A stretch of 64,000 nt of DNA from assembly GCA_044869275.1 (NCBI GenBank), contig JBIOXB010000130.1:1-64000 (forward strand). The letters are read 5' to 3'. Below, piece after piece: positions 36,006 to 46,286 of this stretch. Below the pieces are notes generated by a model. That model did not search any database, was not told the origin of the DNA, and saw only the letters and a program-made list of their open reading frames with translations. Source of the DNA: a bacterium. Lineage in GTDB: Bacteria > Zhuqueibacterota > Zhuqueibacteria > Zhuqueibacterales > Zhuqueibacteraceae. The position numbers were made by a program, and so were the translations under genes. Position 1 is the stretch's first letter. Each line of letters opens with the position of its first letter.

Positions 36006-38585
36006 ATGCGCATGATCATGGAATCGCTGAGAACACTCATCTGTGCAAGCGGCAAAGCCTTGCTGCAGCTCTTTGTCCTGCTTCCGGCAATGACATTATT
36101 TGAAGCCGCCTCCGCACAAGAGATGGAACCGGTCCTCGCATTTCCTCAACCCGGCTTGGACGATACCTCAACTTATCGCGGCTATATGACCCGGTTTTTC
36201 CGGGACCACGAGGGCAATGCTGTGCAAGTTTCCCTCAACCACAACCACGGCCGCATTGTGAATCTCTGGGCCGATGCTGCGAACGAATCCATCAGTTTTA
36301 CCGCGCGCGATGCTGATAGCCGGCCCGCAAAACTCATTTGGGGCTCTGAGAGGGCCGCGGCCCGGGGCGAGGGGAAGACGCGGCAGCTCGAGTATCTGCT
36401 CACCTCGCCCTCTACCGCAATCGATATCGGACATTTTCTGCTCTGCTCGATGCGTAAAGAGAGGGACTTCCAGTACTTTGAAAAGCATCTTCTGCCTTTT
36501 GAATCCGCGCCTTACCTCGAAAATGAATACACGGAGCTACTCGAAAATCTCGCGCGGCTGCCCGCTGCGGAACGGGCCCGCCATCTTGCCTTGTTCAGTG
36601 CCAAGAACGTGGAAGACCTGCGCGCGCGATTGCAACCTTCCATAAATTCTTCCGTGCGCGGATCAAGCTGGGTGGTGACGATCAAACAGCCGACATTCGA
36701 TGGCAAGAATCTTCTGGTGCTCGAGCTCGGCGCGGATCAAGCCCAAGCCACAGCTCGAGTCATCGCCAACAAAGTATCCATTCGGGGCAGAGACCATCAA
36801 CCGCTCCAGCTCCGGGTCAAAATCAGCACGGATTCGCCTGCTCTCACTCCACTGACGCGCGATAAGATTTTCAATCAAGACTTTTTTCATTTTTACGCAT
36901 GGGCCCGAGCGCAACACGACAGTGCTTTGCAAAAAGCAACTGCACAGAAAAGCGTTTCGGCCGGCGAGGGGAATGCCTCCGGCCCAAAAGAGCGCCTCCG
37001 TTTTCCGTGGTTGGAGCGCCAGATCAGAAGTGTCGAGTTGCTGAGTTATCAAGAAAAGCTGATGGCCGGGTTGCCGAATTACGCGACGTATTTTGGGCGG
37101 GACATGATGATGTCCGCGCTGATGATGGAGCCCATTTGGTCTCCCGCCATGCTCGAGCACGTCATCGCAAGTGTATTGCGAAAACTATCTCCTGCCGGCG
37201 AGGTCAGCCACGAAGAGGCACTGGGCGGGCAGGCGATACGCGAGAATGCGGCAGCATACAACACCCTGCTCGAAAAGTATTTCAACGACGGCCCTCAAAA
37301 TAATTCCCGATCCGATAGCCTGCTGGCGCCAGTGCGCGCCCTGCTCGAGAATTTGCAGGCGGTGCGAGAAAACTACCGGATGTTGGATGATGATTTCCAG
37401 CTCCCCGTGCTTGCCGGACGGTATCTCTCCCGTCGCGATCTCTCGCCCCAACGCCAGCGTGAATTCTTAGGCGCACTTGCGGCTAAAGATCGAAAAGAGA
37501 CACGGCTCGCGCTTTTGCTCAAGAATCTCTGGCATATTGCCCGTCTCACCCAGGCTTATGTGGCAGAACCGGTGGCAACCAACTTGGTCGGATTTTCCAG
37601 GCTTGATGAGAAACGTTGGTTGCCCGGAAGCTGGCGGGACAGCAATGCCGGCTATGCGAATGGCCGCTTCGCGATGGATATCAATGCGGTGTGGGTGCCC
37701 ATGGCCTTGGAAGCCATGCACACGATCCTGCCCAAGTTGCGCGAGCTCGGATTCGGGCCAGCGGATTTTGAAGCAATGGTGCCGGAAACGCGAGACCCTC
37801 CACTCCGCCAGTATATGGACCAGCCCGAGTCCTTGCCGCGGGCAGTGGCGGTTTGGCGCGGCGCCAGAAAACATTTTGAGGTTGAATTAGATCCCCAACA
37901 AACCGAGCAGCGAGTCAAAGCCAAACTGAATTGGTTGCCGGAGCCGGAGAAAGCTTATTGGAACACCGTCCTTTCACAAAGCCAGGCTGCGAAAAATGGC
38001 ATAGAATTTCTCGCCCTGGCGCTCGATGCCGAAGGCCAAGCCACTCCGGTGGTGAATACCGACCCTGCCACGATGCTCTTTCTTAAAAACTTCACCGCAG
38101 ATATTTTAGCAGGAGAAGCCACACCGGCGGGAGTTCTCAAGCTTGTCAATGTTTTGGTTCTGCCTTATCCCGTGGGATTGTTTGTGGAAAGTTCGGGGCC
38201 GTTAGTTGCCAATGATGCCTACGCCTCTTCCGAAGTTTGGGAAAGCTTCAAACGGGATCATTATCATTCCCCGCGGGTCGTTTGGGGTCGCGAGGTGAAC
38301 CTGGTGCTGCTGGGATTGTCAAAGCAGATGCTCGCCGCGTATGATGATCAAGGCCGCATGAAAAGCCCGATGCTGGTCACTTACGTTCACGAGCTGCGCC
38401 AGGCACTGCACACCATCGCCGCTGCGGTGGAAGCCTCCGGACTCAAACACAACGAGCTGTGGAGCTACAAAATTGAAAATGGCAAGCTTTTCCCGTCGCG
38501 CTATCCGGCCAGTTGCGACATTCAGCTTTGGAATCTGACCGACTTGGCCGTGCAGCACGCTTTGGCGCGTATGGCGAAGCTTTGA
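36006..38585 (+). CDS. Exported putative six-hairpin glycosidase (debranching-enzyme-like, unclassified)
   Basis: Signal peptide; 'MAG.P.Y.TYFGRD', 'GEVSHEE', 'YRMLDDDFQL', 'WRDS..G..D.NA' and 'ELWS..QLW'. Lies inside a sugar-utilisation locus. Confidence 0.7.
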   Translation: MRMIMESLRTLICASGKALLQLFVLLPAMTLFEAASAQEMEPVLAFPQPGLDDTSTYRGYMTRFFRDHEGNAVQVSLNHNHGRIVNLWADAANESISFTARDADSRPAKLIWGSERAAARGEGKTRQLEYLLTSPSTAIDIGHFLLCSMRKERDFQYFEKHLLPFESAPYLENEYTELLENLARLPAAERARHLALFSAKNVEDLRARLQPSINSSVRGSSWVVTIKQPTFDGKNLLVLELGADQAQATARVIANKVSIRGRDHQPLQLRVKISTDSPALTPLTRDKIFNQDFFHFYAWARAQHDSALQKATAQKSVSAGEGNASGPKERLRFPWLERQIRSVELLSYQEKLMAGLPNYATYFGRDMMMSALMMEPIWSPAMLEHVIASVLRKLSPAGEVSHEEALGGQAIRENAAAYNTLLEKYFNDGPQNNSRSDSLLAPVRALLENLQAVRENYRMLDDDFQLPVLAGRYLSRRDLSPQRQREFLGALAAKDRKETRLALLLKNLWHIARLTQAYVAEPVATNLVGFSRLDEKRWLPGSWRDSNAGYANGRFAMDINAVWVPMALEAMHTILPKLRELGFGPADFEAMVPETRDPPLRQYMDQPESLPRAVAVWRGARKHFEVELDPQQTEQRVKAKLNWLPEPEKAYWNTVLSQSQAAKNGIEFLALALDAEGQATPVVNTDPATMLFLKNFTADILAGEATPAGVLKLVNVLVLPYPVGLFVESSGPLVANDAYASSEVWESFKRDHYHSPRVVWGREVNLVLLGLSKQMLAAYDDQGRMKSPMLVTYVHELRQALHTIAAAVEASGLKHNELWSYKIENGKLFPSRYPASCDIQLWNLTDLAVQHALARMAKL

Positions 38586-38615
38586 TGCTAAAATTTCCTT
38601 GTCTGAGGAGTATTG

Positions 38616-39842
38616 ATGACCTCCAGCTTGAAAATTCGCATCTCGCTGTTTCTGAATTTCTTCGTCTTTGCCATCCTCTTGAATACCGTGGGCATTGTCA
38701 TCGCTCAGGTCATCGTCGATTATCACACCAGCAGGCTGACCGCAGGCACGCTCGAAGCTTTTAAAGATCTTTCGATCATGGCCGTTTCCTTTTTGGTGGC
38801 CTCTTATGTTCCCAGGTTTGGATATAAAAGATCGATGGTGGCGGGACTCTTGGCGGTCACGCTTGCTTGCATGCTGATTGCGGCAGTTCGCGGTTTTTGG
38901 GTTGCGGCGGTGCTATATGTGGTCGTGGGCTCGAGCTTTGCCTTGATAAAAGTTTCCGTCTATTCGACGCTCGGTCTGATCACCGCCGGCCAGAAAGAGC
39001 ACACCAGCTTGATGAACACCCTGGAAGGAACATTCATGGTGGGCTCGCTCATTGGGCCCTTGTTGTTTTCGCTGATAATCAATTGGAGCCACTGGCACCA
39101 CACCTATTGGTTGATCGCAGTGCTGACGGCGTGCGCCCTCATTTTGATGTTAACGACGGAGCTGGATGAAAGCGCCGTGCACGTGGAATCGAGCCAATCC
39201 AGTTTCTTCAAGATGTTTCTCTTGATGAAGTATCCCATGGTCTGGGTATTCATCATTAGCGCCTTTCTTTATGTCATGATCGAGCAGAGTTTTGGCACCT
39301 GGCTGCCGACATTCAACCGGGAAATTTTTGGCCTGTCGCCGGCGCAGGGCGCGTCCTTCCTGAGCATCTATGCCGGCTCGATTGCGCTCAGCCGCTTCCT
39401 GGCGGGTTTTCTCGTGAAGCGATTTTCCTGGTTGTCCATTCAGGTGACTTATCTTCTCGGAGCTGCGCTCCTCACCCTGGTGGTGGTGATGCAAACGACG
39501 AGCCCGGAACCACTCACCTACGCCAATTGGTACGAAGCACCGCCGCTGGCGTTCATCTTTTCCATGATCGGTTTTTTCCTCGGGCCGATTTATCCCACGC
39601 TCTGCTCAATTGTTCTGAGCAAGCTTGAAAAGATCCATCACAGCGCGATGACGGGCTTGATTGTTATTTTTTCAGCCTTGGGTGGAACTTCGGGGTCGTT
39701 GATCATCGGATCAATTTCGCAAAATTTTAATGTCCACGATGCCTTTTTTTTCCCGCCCTTCCCCATCACGATTCTCGCGTTGATGTTGATTCCTTACAAG
39801 AAGCTCTCGGATCGTTTCGGGCAAGCACATCACACGGGGTGA
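38616..39842 (+). CDS. MFS sugar permease (GluP/FucP-like)
   Basis: 12 TM helices; 'LEAFKDL', 'FGYKRSM', 'EQSFGTWLPTF' and 'FSALGGTSGS'. Located between glycosidases. Confidence 0.9.
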   Translation: MTSSLKIRISLFLNFFVFAILLNTVGIVIAQVIVDYHTSRLTAGTLEAFKDLSIMAVSFLVASYVPRFGYKRSMVAGLLAVTLACMLIAAVRGFWVAAVLYVVVGSSFALIKVSVYSTLGLITAGQKEHTSLMNTLEGTFMVGSLIGPLLFSLIINWSHWHHTYWLIAVLTACALILMLTTELDESAVHVESSQSSFFKMFLLMKYPMVWVFIISAFLYVMIEQSFGTWLPTFNREIFGLSPAQGASFLSIYAGSIALSRFLAGFLVKRFSWLSIQVTYLLGAALLTLVVVMQTTSPEPLTYANWYEAPPLAFIFSMIGFFLGPIYPTLCSIVLSKLEKIHHSAMTGLIVIFSALGGTSGSLIIGSISQNFNVHDAFFFPPFPITILALMLIPYKKLSDRFGQAHHTG

Positions 39843-39855
39843 GAAGAGTTAGGTT

Positions 39856-41742
39856 ATGCATGTTCTCGTCAACATCCAGGAAAACCTCCGGCGACTCTTG
39901 GCGCAAGAAGACACCGACGGCGATCGAAAAATCACCGTGGAAGACCATGGCAGCAAGAGGTTCCTATTGCTGAACACTGAGGGGAAATCTTTTGAGGTCG
40001 CCGGCATTTATTTTCTTTCCAACCTTTTGCAAGAGCTCGTATTGGCGCAAACCGCGAATCGCGAAACTGCCGTTTTGGACCCGGCACGTATTTTCGAGCC
40101 TCCGGTCGCGAGAATATCTCGGTTGATCAAAAAACAGTATTGGGAGGGCTTGACGCGGCGCGTTGATGAAAGTGGATTGTCCAAGATTTTTTCCGATGAA
40201 AAAATGAAAACCGCCGATGGTTTTCATTACGTCTATTTTCCTGCTTCCGATAAATCGGCCGCCGATTGCTTTACCGGGATCGCCGCGCAACATCCAGAAT
40301 GGAGGATGAAAGTTGTACCGCTTCCCCAAAGCATTACTCCGGAATATGTGCGCACCCGGGATGACTATCATGGCATCTTGAGCTTGGCGATGGTGCCCCG
40401 CCGCGATGATCGTTGCGAAGGCCTCCCGTTCGTCGTGCCGGGCGGGCGTTTCAACGAGATGTACGGCTGGGACAGCTATTTCATTGCGCTGGGTCTGCTG
40501 CACGACGGCCGCGTGGAGCTGGCGAAGGCGATGGTGGACAATTTTATTTACGAGATCACGCACTACGGCGCGATTTTGAATGCCAACCGGACGTACTATC
40601 TCACCCGCTCGCAACCGCCATTTTTTACTTCCATGGCTCTGGCCGTTTATCAGCGCCTTCCCGAAGACGCCGCCAGCAAAGAGTGGCTGAAGCTTGTGCT
40701 ACAGGCTGCGATCAAAGAGTATCGAAATGTGTGGATGAATCGTGACCGGCTCACGCCAATCGGACTGAGCCGGTACTTTGACTCCGGGCATGGGGCCCCG
40801 CCCGAAGTGGAGGCGGGGCACTTCGAGGTAGTGTATGAGCCGTATGCCAAGAAACTCGGCATGGAAGTGAGAGCCTTCGAATCGGCTTATCGCTCGGGCA
40901 CAATCAAGATTCCGGAGCTCGACGCCTATTTCGTTCATGATCGTGCCATGCGGGAGTCCGGGCACGACACCAGTTATCGCCTGGAAGGACGGTGCGCCAA
41001 TTTGGTAACGGTCGATCTCAACTCCTTGTTGTATAAGATCGAAAAAGATATTGCCGCCATCATTGAGAAAGAATTCTCGGGCGTCTGGAAAACCGCAGAG
41101 GGAGAATCAGAGCACAGCGCCGGCTGGCACGAAGCTGCGGAGAAACGAAAGGCGTTCATCAGTCAATATTTGTGGAACGCCGAGCGGGGGATGTTCTTTG
41201 ATTATGACTTCGTACAGCAGCGCCAGATCGATTACGTCAGCGCCACGACGTTCTATCCGTTGTGGGCGGGGCTGGCTTCGCCGGAACAGGCCGAGAGCCT
41301 GTTGCAAAACGCTCTTCCATTGCTGGAAATGCCGGGAGGAATTACCGGCTCCACGGAAGAATCGCGGGGCCCGGTTACGCCGCAGCGTCCCCCACGCCAG
41401 TGGGACTATCCCAATGGCTGGGCGCCGCATCAAATGCTGGTATGGCAGGGTTTGAGCAATTATGGTTATGAGGGCGTTGCCCATCGGCTGGCTTATCGCT
41501 GGCTATATACCATCACGTTCAATGCGGCGAACTACAACGGCACGGTGCCGGAGAAATTCGACGTGGTCGCACGCTCGCACCAGGTTTTCGCGGAGTATGG
41601 AAATGTCGGGACGAAGTTCGACTACATCACACGCGAAGGCTTCGGTTGGACGAATGCCTCGTATCAGATAGGTGCCAGTTTGCTGCCGGCCGGGCTGCGT
41701 CAAAAGCTGAATCGCTTGCTTCCGCCGGAATGGGTTTTTTGA
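39856..41742 (+). CDS. Alpha,alpha-trehalase (GH37) with an N-terminal Ca-binding motif
   Basis: 'EDTDGDRKITVED', 'VPGGRFNEMYGWDSY', 'NANRTYYLTRSQPPF', 'RESGHD', 'QWDYPNGWAPHQ' and 'EGFGWTNAS'. Confidence 0.95.
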   Translation: MHVLVNIQENLRRLLAQEDTDGDRKITVEDHGSKRFLLLNTEGKSFEVAGIYFLSNLLQELVLAQTANRETAVLDPARIFEPPVARISRLIKKQYWEGLTRRVDESGLSKIFSDEKMKTADGFHYVYFPASDKSAADCFTGIAAQHPEWRMKVVPLPQSITPEYVRTRDDYHGILSLAMVPRRDDRCEGLPFVVPGGRFNEMYGWDSYFIALGLLHDGRVELAKAMVDNFIYEITHYGAILNANRTYYLTRSQPPFFTSMALAVYQRLPEDAASKEWLKLVLQAAIKEYRNVWMNRDRLTPIGLSRYFDSGHGAPPEVEAGHFEVVYEPYAKKLGMEVRAFESAYRSGTIKIPELDAYFVHDRAMRESGHDTSYRLEGRCANLVTVDLNSLLYKIEKDIAAIIEKEFSGVWKTAEGESEHSAGWHEAAEKRKAFISQYLWNAERGMFFDYDFVQQRQIDYVSATTFYPLWAGLASPEQAESLLQNALPLLEMPGGITGSTEESRGPVTPQRPPRQWDYPNGWAPHQMLVWQGLSNYGYEGVAHRLAYRWLYTITFNAANYNGTVPEKFDVVARSHQVFAEYGNVGTKFDYITREGFGWTNASYQIGASLLPAGLRQKLNRLLPPEWVF

Positions 41743-41754
41743 AAGCCGGGAGAA

Positions 41755-41797
41755 GAAAACGCCATGGGTTCATGGCAGAGAGTCCATGGCGTTTTTT
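41755..41797. terminator. Probable bidirectional terminator
   Basis: AAAACGCCATGG...CCATGGCGTTTTTT between convergent genes. Confidence 0.7.
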
Positions 41798-41963
41798 CCT
41801 GTCCTTTGCTCCCCTCATGCAAAGGACAGGAGTAAACCAGTACGCTGTGGGGGAATATACTATAATGAAGAGCCCGTGGTCTAACACGGAAGGCATAAAT
41901 TCTAGCACGGGAGAGGCATTTTCGATGGAGACCGGTTTTTCTGCCGTCACTGCCAGGGCAGCA

Positions 41964-44900
41964 TTACGATTGCAGATACTCGGAAGGTGATTGCCCGTAC
42001 TGCTCTTTGAAGCAACGGGCAAAATAAGAGAGATGGTTGAACCCGGCGCGAAAGGCAATTTCGGAGACCGTCCCGCTTTTTTGCCGCAACAACTCGGCGG
42101 CGGATTTGAGGCGCATGGCGCGAATGAATTCATTGGTATGCTGGCCCAACAAACCCAGAAGCTTGCGATTCAAATGTGGCCGGCTGAGGGCCATCGCCCG
42201 CGCAAAAGCATCCGGGCCAAAGTTTGGGTTGGCAAGATGTTTTTCTAAGATCTCCCTGGCTTTGTGCAGAAATTTTTCATCGGCGGAAGCGAGTGCAAAG
42301 CTGTCGCGCCGGCCTTCCAAGGTGAGCAGTTCTTTGCGAAAATGCTCCCGCAGCTTGAGTTGGCGTTCGATGAGGTTCTTGATGCGCAACTGCAGTTCCC
42401 GGCCGGCAATCGGCTTGGTAAGATAATCGTCTGCACCCAATTCCAGCCCCTCGATTCTACTTTCGCCGGAGCCGCGCGCGGTGAGCAGCAGAACCGGAAT
42501 GTGGCTGGTGAGCTCCGTGGTCTTCAATGTGCGGCACAATTCGAAGCCGTCCAGGCACGGCATCATCACATCGCTCACGATCAGATCAGGAATTTCCTGC
42601 AGCGCTTTTTGCAGCCCTTCCTCTCCATTCGCCGCCTCCAGCAAGCGATTGTCGCGATTCAAATACTTGCGCAGATAACGCCGCATATCGGCATTGTCTT
42701 CGACCAGCAATACCGTGGGCAGGGAGGAGGGGTCCTGACGTGGTGCAACGTCCTCCGGCGCTTCCTGCTCGAATGCCTCAAGCGGCGCGATCTGCTGGTG
42801 CTGGTCATAAAGGCCATCCAGCTCTTCCCAGTTATCGCTCGCCATCTCCTCCGCTTTCAAATGGGCTTTGCCCAAAGGCAGGCGGAGGGTGAATGCACTG
42901 CCGGCACCTTCCTTGCTGGTTACGAAGATTTCCCCATGATGCAGTTCCACCAGTTCTTTGGTGAGCGCCAGCCCGATGCCCGTTCCCGATTCTCTCGCCG
43001 TGTTCTTGTCGCGGTAGCGATAGAAGTAATCAAAAACGTGCGGCAATGCTTTGGCGGGAATGCCCGTACCTGTGTCCCGCACACAGATTTCGACTCCGGC
43101 TGGCCATGCAGAGGTGTTCTGATTACGGTTTTGTGCAGCAGGCTCGGCATTTTCACGGCGCGCTTCGGAATTGGTGTTTGGGATTTTGGGTTTTGCCCCT
43201 TCCTCCTCAAACCTCGTGACCGTCAGTTCGACTTTCCCCCCGGGACCGGTATATTTCAGCGCGTTGCCCAACAGATTGAGTATGATTTTTTCCATTTTGC
43301 CCGGATCCAAAAATAGCCTCTCTGCGGCAAGCTCATCGTCGGCACGGAAAATCAGCTCGATCTGCTTTTGGTCGGCGTACGATTCAAATGAGAGGGTGAG
43401 GCCTTGCAGAAAGGAAACCAGAGGCACAGGCCGGGCCTGCAATGTCATTTTGCCGCTTTCCAATTGCGCGAGATCGAGCAGTTCGTCCACCAGCCGTTGC
43501 AACCGGCACGTGTTGCGCAGCATCATATTCACGCGCTCTTTTTGCGCGGTATCGCGGGTGCGCTCCAAGATTTCTTGCAGCGGGCCGCCGATCAGCGTGA
43601 GCGGCGTGCGGAATTCATGCGAGATGCCGGCGAAAAAGCGGGACTTGAGCCGATCCAATTCCTGCAATCGTTCGCGGCGTATCCGTTCGAGCTGCCAGTC
43701 GCTGCGCAGCCGCGCGCGTTTCCTCTCGTATTGCCGGAGACCGAAAAGCAGGGCGGCGGCCAGAAGAGCATAGAGCGCATAGGCCCATCCCGTCTCCCAC
43801 CAAAACGGCGCAATGGTGAATTGGATCGACGCGCCGGTTTGATTCCAAACGCCGTCATTGTTGCAAGCAATGGCGCGAAAAGTGTAGTTGCCTTTTGGCA
43901 GATTGGTATAGAACGCCGAGCGGCGCGCGCCGGCTTCGACCCATTCACGATCATAGCCTTCGAGCCGGTATTTGAAACGCACGCGCTCCGGCACCACGAA
44001 GCTGAGCGCCGTAAAGCGAAACTCCAGCGCGCGGTCCGCGGCCGGGAGGGAGATGACCGAGGAATCCGGCTGCAGGGTCCCTTGATTTTTGGTGAGCACT
44101 TCCTCAATGAAAACCGGTGGAGGCAGAGTGTTCTCCGGCATATGGTTGGGATCGACACTCACCACGCCGGCGGTGGAAACGAACCAGAGCCGGCCGTCTC
44201 TGCTTTTCCAGGCGACCGGCTGCCGGCGGCCATTGCATTCGGTTTCGCGCATGCCGTCGAAATGATCGTAATGCCGGCAGGAAATCGTGTTGATTTTCCC
44301 CTCGGCAAAATCCTCGAATTGTTTCTTCTCTGCGCTGAAAACACCGCGATTGCCGCTGAACGACAAGCGGTGCTGATCATCCTCCAAAATCGAGAACAGC
44401 CGGTCGAAACACAGGCCATGGCGGGAATTAAAATTGACAAACCTTCCGTCTTTATAGCGATAAAGGCCCTGGCCGTCAGACGCGATCCACAGCACACGGT
44501 CTTGATCTTCATGAAAGGCGTTGACCCCGTCGGCACGAATCCCGTCTTTTTCCGTGAAATGATACACACTTTCGCCGCTCAATCTGTAGAGCCCCTGCTT
44601 CCAAGTGCCTGCCCAGACCTCCCCGTCCACCGTTTCAATCACGGCGATAACATTGCCAGATTCCCGTTTGGCGGCCAGCGAGAAATTCACAAATTTTTTC
44701 CCATCGAATTTGCTCAGCACGCCACACTGCATGCCCATCCAAAGCGCGCCGGCCTCGTTCTCAAACAAGGAGAAAATACCATCGGAGGCGCTCCAGCCTT
44801 TCCAATGTGCACGAATCCGGCCCTGGTGCAAATAATTCAAGCCGTTGGAGGTGCCGATCCACAGGCCTCCGTTGTGCGCCGGAAACACCGCGGTCACGAT

Positions 44901-46055
44901 ATCGCTCGCAAGCCCGTCCGTCGCTCTCCAAGATTGCGTGGTCTGGCGATCGAATCTGGCCAAGCCGTCACTGCGAAATCCGGCCCACATGTTGCCGGCG
45001 CGATCTTCACACACCGTATGGCCAAAATTGGAGGCAAAACCTTCATTGCGTCCGAAGGTTATGAACTTGTTGTCTTTGAGCTGCAACAATCCGCCGTCGC
45101 CCACGAACCAGAGGTTTTCTTCGCGGTCTTCCAGTATTTTCATGAAATAATTATGCTCTTGCGGCAGCCCGGTTTCAATGTTGAGATGCTCGAAACGGCC
45201 ATCGTGATACCGCAAGATGCCGCTGCCTTCGGCGGCAAACCACAAATTCCCCTGGTGATCGTCGTGAATCGCGCGAACGAGATGAAACGAAGGAACTTCA
45301 CGGGGACCGAATTCTTCCACGCGCAATGGATGGTAAAGATACAATTTGTTCCCACCCGTTCCCACAATGAATTCGCCGGAGGTGCGCTCGCTAAAGCAAA
45401 AGACGGAATGTGCCAGCGGCAAAGTGAAAGTCGAGTCCGCGCGCACGATATGCAAACCCGGCTGGTGGCTGCCAACCAGCACATTTCCCGAGCCGTCCTC
45501 TTGCAGCGCGAGGATTTCCTGGCTGCCGGAGGGATCGCCAAATTGATAGGAGGCGTAGATGCCGTCACGCAGGCGCGTCAAGCCGTTTTCAGTGCCAAAC
45601 CAAATGGTACGGTCACGGCTGATCAAGAGGTGCTTGACGACATTGCTCGCCAGACCGTCGGCGGTACCGAAGATTGTAAAAGTTTTGCCATCGAAGCGTT
45701 TCACGCCTCCACCGTTGGTGGCCAGCCACAAATTCCCCTCCCAGTCTTCGGCAATATCCCAAACGAAGTTTTCGCCAAACTCCCGGTGGCGGGTCTGGTC
45801 AAATAAAACGAAACGCGCGCCGTCGAATCTCAGCAACCCTTCCTGGCAGGCAAGCCAGAGGTAGCCTTTGGAGTCTTGGAAGACGTCTTTCACATCGTTC
45901 ATCGGCAAGCCATGCTCGGCTTTGTAAACCCGGAGGTCGTATTGCGTGATGCGCTTTTTCGGATCCAAAGCCTGCAGGTCGGAGAGGAAAAGCAGATTCG
46001 CGGCGAGAACGAATAGCGCGAAAACCGTGTGTGATGGTGACGAGCGAGGAACCAT
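41964..46055 (-). CDS. Hybrid two-component system (propeller sensor, Y_Y_Y, HisKA, HATPase, REC, AraC)
   Basis: Propeller repeats, 'ISHEFRTPLTLI', 'NLLGNALKYT', 'GTGIGL', 'SDVMMP' and 'EIAFRAGF..SYFARCFK'. Confidence 0.95.
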   Translation of the reverse strand: MVPRSSPSHTVFALFVLAANLLFLSDLQALDPKKRITQYDLRVYKAEHGLPMNDVKDVFQDSKGYLWLACQEGLLRFDGARFVLFDQTRHREFGENFVWDIAEDWEGNLWLATNGGGVKRFDGKTFTIFGTADGLASNVVKHLLISRDRTIWFGTENGLTRLRDGIYASYQFGDPSGSQEILALQEDGSGNVLVGSHQPGLHIVRADSTFTLPLAHSVFCFSERTSGEFIVGTGGNKLYLYHPLRVEEFGPREVPSFHLVRAIHDDHQGNLWFAAEGSGILRYHDGRFEHLNIETGLPQEHNYFMKILEDREENLWFVGDGGLLQLKDNKFITFGRNEGFASNFGHTVCEDRAGNMWAGFRSDGLARFDRQTTQSWRATDGLASDIVTAVFPAHNGGLWIGTSNGLNYLHQGRIRAHWKGWSASDGIFSLFENEAGALWMGMQCGVLSKFDGKKFVNFSLAAKRESGNVIAVIETVDGEVWAGTWKQGLYRLSGESVYHFTEKDGIRADGVNAFHEDQDRVLWIASDGQGLYRYKDGRFVNFNSRHGLCFDRLFSILEDDQHRLSFSGNRGVFSAEKKQFEDFAEGKINTISCRHYDHFDGMRETECNGRRQPVAWKSRDGRLWFVSTAGVVSVDPNHMPENTLPPPVFIEEVLTKNQGTLQPDSSVISLPAADRALEFRFTALSFVVPERVRFKYRLEGYDREWVEAGARRSAFYTNLPKGNYTFRAIACNNDGVWNQTGASIQFTIAPFWWETGWAYALYALLAAALLFGLRQYERKRARLRSDWQLERIRRERLQELDRLKSRFFAGISHEFRTPLTLIGGPLQEILERTRDTAQKERVNMMLRNTCRLQRLVDELLDLAQLESGKMTLQARPVPLVSFLQGLTLSFESYADQKQIELIFRADDELAAERLFLDPGKMEKIILNLLGNALKYTGPGGKVELTVTRFEEEGAKPKIPNTNSEARRENAEPAAQNRNQNTSAWPAGVEICVRDTGTGIPAKALPHVFDYFYRYRDKNTARESGTGIGLALTKELVELHHGEIFVTSKEGAGSAFTLRLPLGKAHLKAEEMASDNWEELDGLYDQHQQIAPLEAFEQEAPEDVAPRQDPSSLPTVLLVEDNADMRRYLRKYLNRDNRLLEAANGEEGLQKALQEIPDLIVSDVMMPCLDGFELCRTLKTTELTSHIPVLLLTARGSGESRIEGLELGADDYLTKPIAGRELQLRIKNLIERQLKLREHFRKELLTLEGRRDSFALASADEKFLHKAREILEKHLANPNFGPDAFARAMALSRPHLNRKLLGLLGQHTNEFIRAMRLKSAAELLRQKSGTVSEIAFRAGFNHLSYFARCFKEQYGQSPSEYLQS

Positions 46056-46286
46056 GGTTGCAGCTCCGATGTTTCATCGGTCTTGCGGCGTGAACGGTTG
46101 ATCTTCGGCCTCCTAAACCAAAACGCCAACAGCGCGAATTTCCCCGCGGTTGGCGTTTCGTTTGGGATGGCATTCGTACTCTGAATCATACCCGGCAGGA
46201 TGGTTCTGCAACTCCGGGAGGGAAGAGCAGCGAATATCAGTGCTGGTGTTGCAAAAGCATAAAAACAGCCGTCAACTGCGGTTTGC

